47,112 bases of DNA from Gemmatimonadales bacterium. Its GTDB lineage: Bacteria; Gemmatimonadota; Gemmatimonadetes; Gemmatimonadales; GWC2-71-9. The DNA lies in the NCBI GenBank assembly GCA_041577295.1, contig JBFGJG010000032.1, positions 1 to 47,112 of the forward strand. The letters are read 5' to 3'. The notes beneath the pieces are model-generated. The model saw only the letters and a program-made list of their open reading frames with translations. It was not told where the DNA came from and ran no database searches. A program made the position numbers and the translations under genes. Positions 17,646 through 26,984 of the stretch are shown piece after piece. Within the stretch, counting starts at the first letter, position 1, and each line of letters starts with the position of its first letter.

Positions 17646-19109
17646 GTGCCCACTCGTTCCCTGCCCCCTCGTCCGGACCTCCAGCAGCTCAAACGGCAAG
17701 CCAAAGAGCTCCTCCGCGATCACCGTGCGGGAAAACCCCCGGCCGCCGCACGCATCGCCGCTCATCATCCCCGCATCAAGGGCCAATCCCTTCGCGAAGT
17801 CCTGAATCGACCGTTCAACGTGGCTGGTGCGCAGTTGGTGCTCGCGCGGGAGTACGGCTTCCCGAGCTGGGCTGCGCTCAAACATCATGTCGAGCTGGGG
17901 CCGCGAATCGCCCAATACGAACCGCACCCCCAGTTCGATGACGCGCTCGCTGCTCTTGATGCCGGCGACATCGATCGCTTGCGACGCCTGCTGCACGCAC
18001 ATCCGGACCTGGTGCACGCGCGGACCAACCTCGGGCCGCCATACGACTACGTCACCGGTGCCACGTTGCTGCACTTCGTTGCGCGAAACCCGATGCGGCC
18101 AGAACCAGTGCCCCATAACCTCGTGGCGATTGCGCAGTTGCTGCTCGAGGCCGGTGCCGACGTAAATGCCTCGACCCTGGGACCGGGTGGCGGTACGACC
18201 ATGGGACTGCTCATAACCAGCAAACAGGCGAGCGACGCCAACATATCGGGTCGGCTCATGGATCTTCTGTTGCGTTACGGCGCCGAGGTCGAGTTGACAC
18301 TCACCCTCCCGCTAGCTAATCACGCACCCCGTGCCGCGGAGAAAATGATCGAGCTCGGTGCAAAGGTCGATGTCTGCGCAGCGGCCGCGCTCGGTCGCCT
18401 TGACCTGCTGCGTGATTGCTTCGACGCCAGCGGGCATCTGCGGGCTCGCCCGATGCGCAATGGCCGCGCGATGACCCAGCGGGATGCGATCGGACTCGCA
18501 CTGCTCTTTGCCTACGTCAACCAGCAGCGCGATGCCGTGGACTTTGTGCTCGAGCACGATGGCAATTGGAATATGACGGGCGTCAACAACGGCACTGCAC
18601 TCCACCGGGCTGCCTGGACTGGCGATCTCTCCATGGTACAACGGCTCGTGGCCAAAGGCGCCGATATCACCAATCGCGAGAACCCATTCACAGCGACGCC
18701 TCTCTCGTGGGCCCAGCACAACCAGCAAGAGGCAATCGTCCGGTGGATGCGAACGAATTGTGCAATCGATCTGCACGATGCCGTGTGCTTCCATTTCCGT
18801 GAACACGTGGAGGCGAGGCTACGCGAAGATCCCGCCTCCGTCAACGAGCTGCGTGATCAGTGGGAGATCCCTCGCGCCACTCCCCTTCATTGGGCCGCAT
18901 GGTTGGTACATGAGAATGTGGAGGGAAAGCACGCCCCAGCATTCGGGAGTCGCGAAGAACTGGTGCAGCTGCTCTTGGATCATGGCGCAGACCCGAACAT
19001 CGTCGCGGGCAACGGACGCACCGCCCTCGATATCGCCCACGCAGCGCAGGCACACAACGTTCTGTCGTTGTTGAAACGGCATGGTGGTAGACGGGCCGCT
19101 GAGTTATGA
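17646..19109 (+). CDS. Ankyrin-repeat protein with N-terminal helical domain
   Basis: N-terminal LPPRPDLQQLKRQAKELL...AQLVLAREYGFPSWAALK; ankyrin repeats TLLHFVA, TALHRAA, TPLSWA, TPLHWAA, TALDIA. Confidence 0.92.
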   Translation: MPTRSLPPRPDLQQLKRQAKELLRDHRAGKPPAAARIAAHHPRIKGQSLREVLNRPFNVAGAQLVLAREYGFPSWAALKHHVELGPRIAQYEPHPQFDDALAALDAGDIDRLRRLLHAHPDLVHARTNLGPPYDYVTGATLLHFVARNPMRPEPVPHNLVAIAQLLLEAGADVNASTLGPGGGTTMGLLITSKQASDANISGRLMDLLLRYGAEVELTLTLPLANHAPRAAEKMIELGAKVDVCAAAALGRLDLLRDCFDASGHLRARPMRNGRAMTQRDAIGLALLFAYVNQQRDAVDFVLEHDGNWNMTGVNNGTALHRAAWTGDLSMVQRLVAKGADITNRENPFTATPLSWAQHNQQEAIVRWMRTNCAIDLHDAVCFHFREHVEARLREDPASVNELRDQWEIPRATPLHWAAWLVHENVEGKHAPAFGSREELVQLLLDHGADPNIVAGNGRTALDIAHAAQAHNVLSLLKRHGGRRAAEL

Positions 19110-19134
19110 ACCCCAAGGGGGAATAGCACGTCGC

Positions 19135-19503
19135 ATGTACGCGATCCTGATCTTTGGAGTATTGATTATGGCGATCAGCGTGTTCATGATCGCGAAGCCC
19201 GACCAATGGGTGGATCTCGCCATGCGGTACTGCCGTCTTCCTTACATGCACCCGCTCGAGATTCTCATCTGCCTTGGCTTTGGCGTGCCGTTCATTCTCA
19301 ACGGAGGACGGTCAGCCTTCCCGATGGCGCTGACCGTCTTTGGATACGTCCTGACAGCGGTGGGTGTCGGGCTGATGTTCACACCACCCTCCTACCATCG
19401 GCGGTTTGGACTTTGGTCACTTCAGAAGATGAGAAGGCTCTTTAGGCCAGCTGGTGTGTTCTCGCTCCTGCTTGGCGCTTTTCTCGTCTACGCCACCTGG
19501 TAG
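19135..19503 (+). CDS. Small membrane protein
   Basis: About four hydrophobic segments; GGGGA RBS. Confidence 0.7.
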   Translation: MYAILIFGVLIMAISVFMIAKPDQWVDLAMRYCRLPYMHPLEILICLGFGVPFILNGGRSAFPMALTVFGYVLTAVGVGLMFTPPSYHRRFGLWSLQKMRRLFRPAGVFSLLLGAFLVYATW

Positions 19504-19644
19504 GTGTTTCGTGTCACCCCTCTGGCGCGTAAGGCCATGAGTGAGAAATGTTTGACTAGCGACAGACACGCGGGGCGGGTCCGAGACACCACCCGTCCTC
19601 AAAGCGTACACTACCAACAGACTCGGGCCACACAGAGGGCAACT

Positions 19645-19914
19645 ATGCCAGTCCTCGTTACGGCCGAGGTTCCCGGCCAGACCCAACAGGGCTACGATGG
19701 CATGCAGGTGGTGCTCGCGGACGCGTTGCGGAGGGCTCCCGGATTCGTGCTCCATTATGCATACGCGACCCAAGGCGGCTGGCGTGTCATCGAGGTGTGG
19801 GAGACCAAGAAGGACGCAAACGATTTCTTCGCGAAGGCCGTTCATCCCAACTTGCCACCCGGCATCAAACCGCGGCGCACATTTCAGGAGCTGCACAGCC
19901 TCATCCGGCCGTGA
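19645..19914 (+). CDS. Small dimeric alpha/beta-barrel (ABM-like) protein
   Basis: APGFVLHYAY...GGWRVIEVWET motif. Confidence 0.8.
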   Translation: MPVLVTAEVPGQTQQGYDGMQVVLADALRRAPGFVLHYAYATQGGWRVIEVWETKKDANDFFAKAVHPNLPPGIKPRRTFQELHSLIRP

Positions 19915-20198
19915 GCGCGCAGCGGGCGGCTGCGCTATTTGCAGGTATCGCAGCGACGCACTTCATCGTGACGACGCTCATCTTTGCCGTGCTCTTCAGC
20001 CGGGCGATGAACCAAGTGCCCACGACACGATTGGATGCCGCAGCCGGGCTCGTGCATTCGGTTCTGGCGTTCCCGCTCGATGCCCATGAAGTGACAGGCC
20101 GGGTAATGACGAGCGTGATTTGGGCTGGCGTGCTGACCGTCGGTATTCTGTCCATCCGCGCTGTGATGATCCGCATCTCGGCGGAGCGCGAGCCTTGA
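19911..20198 (+). CDS. Hypothetical membrane protein
   Basis: GTGA and TTGA overlaps with both neighbours; hydrophobic segments. Confidence 0.55.
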   Translation: MSAQRAAALFAGIAATHFIVTTLIFAVLFSRAMNQVPTTRLDAAAGLVHSVLAFPLDAHEVTGRVMTSVIWAGVLTVGILSIRAVMIRISAEREP

Positions 20199-20590
20199 GG
20201 CTCGCGCGCTTAGTACTGTGGTTAGCCACGATCGGCTTCGTTGGCTTCGGGATCGCCTTCACCTTCTGGCCCTTGCCGATGGCCAGCCTCATCGAGATTC
20301 CCTTACCAACGCCCACGGCACGCATCGACTTCGGAGCCACCTACGGTGGGTTCGAGATCGGGTTCGGGATTTTCCTGGCGGCGTGCGCGCGCCGCGCCGA
20401 ATGGATCGAACCCGGCCTGTGGGCTACCGCCGCCGCTTTGGCCGGGTTCGCCGCCATCCGGTTGTACGGATTAGTGGCAGTTACCGGACCGGCCACAGGG
20501 CCGATCTTCATCGGGTTGGCCTTAGAGCTAACGGGGCTCGGGGCCGCCCTCTTCGCCCTGCTCCAACATCGGCGCGCAGAAGCATCCTAG
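20195..20590 (+). CDS. DUF4345-like membrane protein
   Basis: ARIDFGATYGGFEIGFG...RLYGL...LELTG. Confidence 0.75.
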   Translation: MRLARLVLWLATIGFVGFGIAFTFWPLPMASLIEIPLPTPTARIDFGATYGGFEIGFGIFLAACARRAEWIEPGLWATAAALAGFAAIRLYGLVAVTGPATGPIFIGLALELTGLGAALFALLQHRRAEAS

Positions 20591-20600
20591 GCTCACTGCT

Positions 20601-21089
20601 TCACTCAACGGTTCGCAGGTACTCGGCGAGCCGGTCGTAGCTCACGTTCACTCCTTCTTTCATGCCGGTCTCCATCGCCGCGCCACGGGCCGCCTGCGAT
20701 GGGTAGAGGATGGTGCACGTGACCGTGGTTCTTTCGTTCTTTTCGGAAAAGGTGAGCGTGTTGGTCGTCTCGGGCCATTTCCCTCCCCACGCCTCCGTGT
20801 GAACGAGCCGTTCCGGTGGCACGATCTGCCTGTACACACCGCGCATCTCCATCTCGGTGCCATCGCTGCGTCGCCACACGAAGTGCCACTCTCCACCCGG
20901 ACGGAGGTCGATTTGGCAGACCGGCATCGTCCAGCCAGTCGGCCCCAACATCCACTGCGAAACGTGCTCGGGTTTCGTCCACGCGTCGAACAGCACGGTC
21001 CGTGGTGCGTCAAACACGCGGGTGATGACGAGCTCTCGATCCGACGGCGTCGTGTACCTCGTTTGACCGACGTCCCTCGCCATGGCCAT
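20601..21089 (-). CDS. SRPBCC/AHSA1 family protein
   Basis: ELVITRVFDAPR...WT.PE, IDLRPGG, IVPPERLVHTE, GMKEG...YDRL. Confidence 0.93.
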   Translation of the reverse strand: MAMARDVGQTRYTTPSDRELVITRVFDAPRTVLFDAWTKPEHVSQWMLGPTGWTMPVCQIDLRPGGEWHFVWRRSDGTEMEMRGVYRQIVPPERLVHTEAWGGKWPETTNTLTFSEKNERTTVTCTILYPSQAARGAAMETGMKEGVNVSYDRLAEYLRTVE

Positions 21090-21224
21090 AAAGCTCTCTC
21101 CTTTTTCTCGGTCCTTCATGGTGTATTAGGGTATCAGTTCTTCCTTGTGCCGCCGGCCCGTGGGGTGTGACCTTCTTACTAACCTATGTGCCGACCCTTC
21201 AATGACTACGTGTGGAGGCTCTCG

Positions 21225-22190
21225 ATGACAGGCCCCGTACCCGGTCGTCCCTTTGCGGGCCTGGTCTTCCTCGCGCTCGCCCTCGGTGCGGGCTGCGCCG
21301 AGCGACACTCAAATCTCACGCCGGGCGAGGGATATGTCGACGTTCCGGGAGGGCGGGTGTGGTATAGCATTGTCGGCACCGGACCGGGAACGCCGCTGCT
21401 GTTGCTCCACGGAGGGCCAGGAGCACCCAGCTACTATCTCAACCCCCTGGCGGCGTTGGGCGACGAGCGACCCGTAATCTTCCACGATCAACTTGGTGCT
21501 GGACGCTCGCAGATCACGAACGACACCACGCTGTGGACCGTTCCGCAATTCGTCGCGCAGGTCGATTCGCTTCGGCGGGCGCTAGGGGTCGAGCGGCTTC
21601 ACGTACTGGGTCACTCATGGGGCACGATGCTCGGGACACAGTATGCGCTCATGAACCCGGCAGCCGTGAAGAGCCTCGTTCTCGCAAGCCCGGCGCTCGA
21701 CGCGGCTCGCTGGGTCGCGGACGCGGACAGCCTCCTGCTCACCTTGCCCGACTCTGTACAACGGACTATTGCTCGGCACGAGTCGGCTGGCACGTTCGAG
21801 GCACCGGAATACCAAGAAGCCGTGATGGCTTTCTACCAGCTCTACCTCGCGCGCAAGGTGCCGTGGTCGGCCGATCTCGACAGCACATTCGCACAACTCA
21901 ATACCGTGCTGTACCAGTACATGTGGGGGCCGAGTGAGTTCACGGCGACCGGCACACTGCGGGACTTTGACGTGACCGACTCGCTTTCAATGATTCGTGT
22001 GCCGACGCTCTTCGTGACAGGGGAGTATGATGAAGCCCGGCCGGCTACGGTGCGAAGGCATGCGAGCCTCGTTTCGGGAAGCGAGTTTGCTATTATCCCC
22101 GGTGCAGCCCACATCATCATGCACGACAATCCCGAGGAGACCGTACGTGTGATCCGGGAGTTCCTGCGCAAGGCGGATGGTCGTCGCTAG
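21225..22190 (+). CDS. Proline iminopeptidase-family hydrolase (lipoprotein)
   Basis: LHGGPG, DQLGAGRS, GHSWG nucleophile, MWGPSEF, GEYDE; lipobox GAGC. Confidence 0.92.
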   Translation: MTGPVPGRPFAGLVFLALALGAGCAERHSNLTPGEGYVDVPGGRVWYSIVGTGPGTPLLLLHGGPGAPSYYLNPLAALGDERPVIFHDQLGAGRSQITNDTTLWTVPQFVAQVDSLRRALGVERLHVLGHSWGTMLGTQYALMNPAAVKSLVLASPALDAARWVADADSLLLTLPDSVQRTIARHESAGTFEAPEYQEAVMAFYQLYLARKVPWSADLDSTFAQLNTVLYQYMWGPSEFTATGTLRDFDVTDSLSMIRVPTLFVTGEYDEARPATVRRHASLVSGSEFAIIPGAAHIIMHDNPEETVRVIREFLRKADGRR

Positions 22191-22208
22191 CAGGCCTATT
22201 CACTGAGA

Positions 22209-23012
22209 TTGGCAGCCGACACCGCCGGCTCGCTCGCGTTGCGGAAGGTCTGGACCTACCTCGCGTTCGCGTTTGGTATCTCGTGGGGTGCCTACGCCAT
22301 CCGCCGGATCGTGTCGCCGGACCCGGCACTCGACGAAAGCCTGCGTCTGATCGTCAAGTTTGGACCAAGCCTGGCGGGCATCGTGGTCGCAACACTGTTC
22401 GGTGGCGCACGGGGCGCGCTGAACCTGCTCCGACAACTCCGCATCCCCGTTCGCCACCCGGGCTGGACGGCGCTGGCGTTCGGACTCCCCCTCATCCTCG
22501 TGCTCGTCGCGCTTCCACTCCGCAGCGTGTTCGGAAGCCCTCTCAGCCCTTTCAGCCCGATGCCCATCGCGGAAGGTGTCCTGGTCTTTGGTTCGCTTCT
22601 GGCAACGCGCTTCTTTCTGGGCGGTGGGCTTGGAGAAGAGTTGGGGTGGCGCGGCGTCATGCTACCCGCCCTACAAGGAAAGGTCGGGGCACTTCGAGCC
22701 AGCGTGCTCATTGGCCTAGCACATGGCGCCTGGCACATACCAGCCTATGGCGTCGGCGTGCTTTTTCTGACGCTGTTCACCGTATCGGGATCCATGGTAT
22801 TCACCTGGATGTACAACCGGACGCAGGGCAATCTCTTCTTGCCGGCCTTGATGCATGCGAATGCCAACGCTAGTCTGCCGTTCGTGGAGAGGGTCATTCC
22901 GGCGGTCGATGGTGAGCTGGCGTTTCCCCTGTTGGTCTTTTTACTGTGGGCCGCGGTGGCGGTGGCTGTAGTACCGCGCCTCGAAGGACCAGGAGAGCGG
23001 GTGACACCCTAG
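22209..23012 (+). CDS. CPBP/CAAX (Abi) intramembrane metalloprotease
   Basis: GEELGWRG, WHIP, HANAN motifs; multiple TM segments. Confidence 0.92.
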   Translation: MAADTAGSLALRKVWTYLAFAFGISWGAYAIRRIVSPDPALDESLRLIVKFGPSLAGIVVATLFGGARGALNLLRQLRIPVRHPGWTALAFGLPLILVLVALPLRSVFGSPLSPFSPMPIAEGVLVFGSLLATRFFLGGGLGEELGWRGVMLPALQGKVGALRASVLIGLAHGAWHIPAYGVGVLFLTLFTVSGSMVFTWMYNRTQGNLFLPALMHANANASLPFVERVIPAVDGELAFPLLVFLLWAAVAVAVVPRLEGPGERVTP

Positions 23013-23025
23013 TCTGCAGTCAACG

Positions 23026-23406
23026 ATGGGAGGACCCATGGATCGAAGCCCCTATGCCATCAACACCGATGTACGTTTCCCACCGCTTACAATGATCGAC
23101 ATCAAGGCTTTGGCAGACGCGTGCACGGAGCGGTGGTTCAATCAGACGCTATGCCAGGTGAACGATAGCGTAGTGCGCTTGGGAGTACTGCATGGAGAGT
23201 TTCACTGGCACAAGCACGACAGAGAGGACGAGTTCTTTTACGTCGTACAGGGTCGTTTTCTGATCGATCTCGAGGATCAAAATGTCGAGCTCGGGCAGGG
23301 ACAGGGATTCGTTGTGCCCCGGGGGGTCATGCATCGAACCAGGGCGCCAGAGCGGTCCGTCGTACTGATGGTCGAGGCCGCGAGTGTCCGGCCTACTGGA
23401 GACTAG
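23026..23406 (+). CDS. Cupin domain protein
   Basis: GEFHWHKHDREDEFF...VVPRGVMHRT. Confidence 0.92.
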   Translation: MGGPMDRSPYAINTDVRFPPLTMIDIKALADACTERWFNQTLCQVNDSVVRLGVLHGEFHWHKHDREDEFFYVVQGRFLIDLEDQNVELGQGQGFVVPRGVMHRTRAPERSVVLMVEAASVRPTGD

Positions 23407-23493
23407 CAACAACTGCTTACGGACGTAGGATGGACGGACTTTCCATCTTTCCCACCTTCCATCCTTCTATCAGATCCGCGATCTTGCATCGGT

Positions 23494-24195
23494 ATGACCG
23501 AACGACGCTATAACGAGGAAGAGGTCGCCAACATTTTCGAGCGGGCCGCGCAGGCGCAGCAGAGCGTGCGGCGCGCACTCCAGCCCGGTGAGGGGATGAC
23601 GCTCGCCGACCTCCAAGAGATAGGACGCGAAGTCGGTATCCCACCTGAACTCGTTGCGCAGGCCGCACGCTCGGTCGATCACGCCGGTCGATCCGCCTCA
23701 CGCAAATTCCTTGGATTTCCGATCGGTGTGGGACAAACCGTGGAGCTCGGCAGAACGCTCACCGACGAAGAGTGGGAACGGTTGGTCATCGATCTGCGGG
23801 AGACGTTCGACGCTCGTGGTTCCGTGCGGTACGACGGCCCTTTTCGTCAATGGACCAACGGCAACCTGCAGGCGCTCCTCGAGCCGACCCCCACCGGACA
23901 CCGGCTCCGCCTGCAGACGGTCAAGGGTGATGCCCGCGCGTTCATGGGCTTGGGCCTCGGCATGGTCGGCTTCGCGCTGGTGGCGTTGATTACATCCGCT
24001 ATTAGCGGCAGCGCGGGAGCGTTGGGCGTCGCCGTTCCGCTCTCGATGTTCGGGCTCGGCATGTTCGGGTTCGGGGCGCTGCGGCTGCCCAGTTGGGCGC
24101 GGCTACGCCGGCGGCAGATGGAAGGGGTGGCGGCGCGGCTCGCACTGTCGGAAGGCTCTCAACCTTCCGAAGATCTGCCCACGGACCTGGGCTGA
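23494..24195 (+). CDS. Conserved hypothetical membrane protein
   Basis: RRYNEEEV..IF.RA, TLADLQEIGREVGI; two C-terminal TM helices. Confidence 0.8.
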   Translation: MTERRYNEEEVANIFERAAQAQQSVRRALQPGEGMTLADLQEIGREVGIPPELVAQAARSVDHAGRSASRKFLGFPIGVGQTVELGRTLTDEEWERLVIDLRETFDARGSVRYDGPFRQWTNGNLQALLEPTPTGHRLRLQTVKGDARAFMGLGLGMVGFALVALITSAISGSAGALGVAVPLSMFGLGMFGFGALRLPSWARLRRRQMEGVAARLALSEGSQPSEDLPTDLG

Positions 24196-24321
24196 CGACG
24201 AACCGGAGCCCCGGCTTCTCGCGGACGGCACCAGCCCAATGACACGATGGATCATTGTCTCTCTCCACCTCGTGGCACTTGGCGTCGCGGTGGCCGCGAT
24301 GGCGCGGGGCCTTGGTGGAAG

Positions 24322-24741
24322 ATGAGAATTCGTGAAGCAGAAACGCGCGACGCCAAACGACTCCGCGAACTAAACCAGCAGTTCAACGGTGTTTCCGGCG
24401 TGTTCGGGATTGGTTCGGCTGGAGGGGAGCGGGTCCTAGTTGCCGAGGTTGCTGATGAGATCGTTGGTTTTGCGTGCATGCAGATAATGCGATCGGTATG
24501 CTACTCTACTCCCTGGGCCGAGCTTACCGAGCTCTACGTCGAGGAGCACGGCAGGAGGTGCGGTGTCGGTCGTGCCCTCGTTGCCGAGGCGGAGCGTGTG
24601 GCGTGGGATGCGGGGTGCAGCGAAATGCTGCTGCGAACGCACGCGACTAATCGTGAGGCTCGCGCACTGTTTGCCGATCGCGGCTTTGGCGAAGCCAACC
24701 ACATTTGTCTGCGCAAGAGGCGGCCCTCAACAGCGACATGA
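24322..24741 (+). CDS. GNAT acetyltransferase
   Basis: ELYV...RRCGVGRAL...N..A..LF...GF. Confidence 0.85.
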   Translation: MRIREAETRDAKRLRELNQQFNGVSGVFGIGSAGGERVLVAEVADEIVGFACMQIMRSVCYSTPWAELTELYVEEHGRRCGVGRALVAEAERVAWDAGCSEMLLRTHATNREARALFADRGFGEANHICLRKRRPSTAT

Positions 24742-25253
24742 GACGCGTACGCTTTTCGGTCGCCATGAGCCTCGACGGCTTCATCGCCGGTCCCAATGGG
24801 GAGAGCGACTGGATCGTCATAGATCCCGATATCGACTTTGGTGCGCTCTTTGGGCAGTTCGATACCCTGGTTATGGGTCGTAAGACGTATGAGGCCGCCA
24901 AGAAGATGGGCGGTGGGGGCAGTATGCCCGGCATGAAGGCGATCGTGTTCTCCCGCAGCCTCAGCCAGGCAGACTGTCCTGACGCGACGGTATCCAATGA
25001 CCCGAAGAAGCTGCTAACCAAAATGAAAAGAGAATCTGGTAAGGACATCTGGTTGTTTGGGGGCGGTGAGCTGTTCCATAGCCTCCTGAGCATCGGGTTG
25101 GTTGACACCGTCGAGATTGCTCTGATTCCCGTCTTGCTTGGGAAAGGCCTTCCGCTCTTGCCGGCGCCGGTCTCCGGGAGAAAGCTCGAGCTAACAAAGC
25201 ACCAGCTATATCCAAAGACCGGCACTGTCTTGCTCGAATACAAGGTCCACTAG
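24738..25253 (+). CDS. Dihydrofolate reductase-like / RibD C-terminal domain protein
   Basis: [37 protein letters not shown]. Confidence 0.93.
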   Translation: MRRVRFSVAMSLDGFIAGPNGESDWIVIDPDIDFGALFGQFDTLVMGRKTYEAAKKMGGGGSMPGMKAIVFSRSLSQADCPDATVSNDPKKLLTKMKRESGKDIWLFGGGELFHSLLSIGLVDTVEIALIPVLLGKGLPLLPAPVSGRKLELTKHQLYPKTGTVLLEYKVH

Positions 25254-25273
25254 CGCTCAGGAGGTCTGACGCA

Positions 25274-25738
25274 ATGCCTTCTGCGATTCGCGGCATGCTC
25301 GTCCGTCCTGTCGTGCCCGGTGACGCCGCGGACTGGGAACGCATGCGGCAAGCGCTCTGGCCTTCGACAACAGGGGAGCACGCTAGCGAGATTGCCGCGT
25401 ACTTTGACGGGAAACGCGACAGTCCTGCGGCGGTGCTCATAGCGTTCGATGGTTCCGGTCGCTCCATGGGGTTCGTCGAGTTGTCGGTCCGACCTTATGC
25501 GGAAGATTGCTATTCTGGACGGGTGGCGTATCTCGAGGGTTGGTACGTCCACCCCAGGCAGCGCCGACAAAGAGTGGGCGCCGCATTAGTGAGAGCAGCA
25601 GAGGAGTGGGGGCGGGCCCAGGGCTGCACGGAACTCGCGTCCGACACCGCTATCGACAACGATGCGAGTGCCGCCGCGCACAGATCACTCGGATTCACCG
25701 AAGCGAGGCGCATCATCTGTTTCAGAAAAGACCTGTGA
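25274..25738 (+). CDS. Aminoglycoside 6'-N-acetyltransferase-like GNAT
   Basis: [43 protein letters not shown]...FRK. Confidence 0.85.
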   Translation: MPSAIRGMLVRPVVPGDAADWERMRQALWPSTTGEHASEIAAYFDGKRDSPAAVLIAFDGSGRSMGFVELSVRPYAEDCYSGRVAYLEGWYVHPRQRRQRVGAALVRAAEEWGRAQGCTELASDTAIDNDASAAAHRSLGFTEARRIICFRKDL

Positions 25739-26352
25739 GCGCAGTAATACACCTAACGCGGGACCGGACGGCTGACGCCGTTGCCGTGCTTTGTGATGCG
25801 TTTCATGAGTACCCGGTCATGCGGTACGTGCTGGGACCTGTCGGAACCGCCTACGACGCCCACCTGCAAACACTGGTCTCGTTCTTTGTGATGGCCCGTG
25901 TCTTCCGAGAGGAACCCGTCCTCGCCGTGACGGATCGCGACCGCGTGGTGGCCGTTGCCATCGTCACCCTGCCGCGCAATACCCCGGCTCCTGAAGAGCT
26001 CCACCAACTACGCGAAAGCGTGTGGCACGAGCTTGGCGCCGCTGCTCGCGCGCGCTATGAAGCGTTTGGCGAAGCATGTAAGACGTTTCACATCGAGCAG
26101 CCGCATCACCATCTCAACATGATTGGCGTTCGTCGCTCCCACGCGGGGCTTGGGTTCGCTCGCCCCCTGCTTCACGCCGTGCACGACCAATCGCGCGAAG
26201 ATTCCGCGTCGTGTGGGGTATCGCTCACCACGGAAGATCCACGCAACATCTCGTTGTACGAGCGTTTTGGCTACCAGAGCACGGGGCACGTGACGGTCTC
26301 CGAAAAGCTCCAGAGCTGGGGATTCTTTCGCCCCGATGAAACGGGTGAATGA
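25735..26352 (+). CDS. GNAT acetyltransferase
   Basis: HHHLNMIGV...GLGFARPLL...[21 protein letters not shown] overlap. Confidence 0.88.
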   Translation: MSAVIHLTRDRTADAVAVLCDAFHEYPVMRYVLGPVGTAYDAHLQTLVSFFVMARVFREEPVLAVTDRDRVVAVAIVTLPRNTPAPEELHQLRESVWHELGAAARARYEAFGEACKTFHIEQPHHHLNMIGVRRSHAGLGFARPLLHAVHDQSREDSASCGVSLTTEDPRNISLYERFGYQSTGHVTVSEKLQSWGFFRPDETGE

Positions 26353-26446
26353 GCGTGGGGACCCGCCGAGACGCGAAGCCTCAGCATCCAGCAGCTTGCC
26401 GCTGGGCTCTTCGGCGAGAACAGCGGGTAGCAGCGACTCATCCTAC

Positions 26447-26848
26447 ATGAGTCACGAAAAGCCCGTTCTGCTATTCGACGGCGTTTGCAACCTCTGCAAT
26501 AGTGTCGTCCAGTTCGCCATTAAACGGGACCGTGCCCAGCGATTCCGTTTCGCAGCACTCCAATCCGAGGCAGGCCAAGCATTGCTTGCACAGTTTCACA
26601 TTCCCACTGAGTCCTTCGAGACGTTCGTTTTGGTGGAGCGGGAGCGGTACTTCACCAAGTCGACCGCGGCGCTCCGCGTCGCGAAAGGGCTGGGTCACCT
26701 CTGGCCACTCGCCTACACGGCCATCATCATCCCAAAGCCCCTACGGGACCTCGTGTACGACATCATCGCCAAGAATCGGTACCGGTGGTTTGGCAAGAAA
26801 GATCAGTGCATGGTTCCCACACCTGATCTGTCAGACCGGTTTCTCTGA
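26447..26848 (+). CDS. DCC1-like thiol-disulfide oxidoreductase (DUF393)
   Basis: LFDGVCNLC, FAALQS, YDIIAKNRYRWFG. Confidence 0.93.
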   Translation: MSHEKPVLLFDGVCNLCNSVVQFAIKRDRAQRFRFAALQSEAGQALLAQFHIPTESFETFVLVERERYFTKSTAALRVAKGLGHLWPLAYTAIIIPKPLRDLVYDIIAKNRYRWFGKKDQCMVPTPDLSDRFL

Positions 26849-26984
26849 GTCTCTCCCCGACCCCACTTCCGGCCCCGCCTGGGCGGCTTCAAATTGTCGA
26901 AACAGGCTACCCGCCAACGGCGCGCCCATGCCATCGTGATTAGCGCCCGCACCGCCTGACAGGAAAGGATGCTCAGACCGGCGC

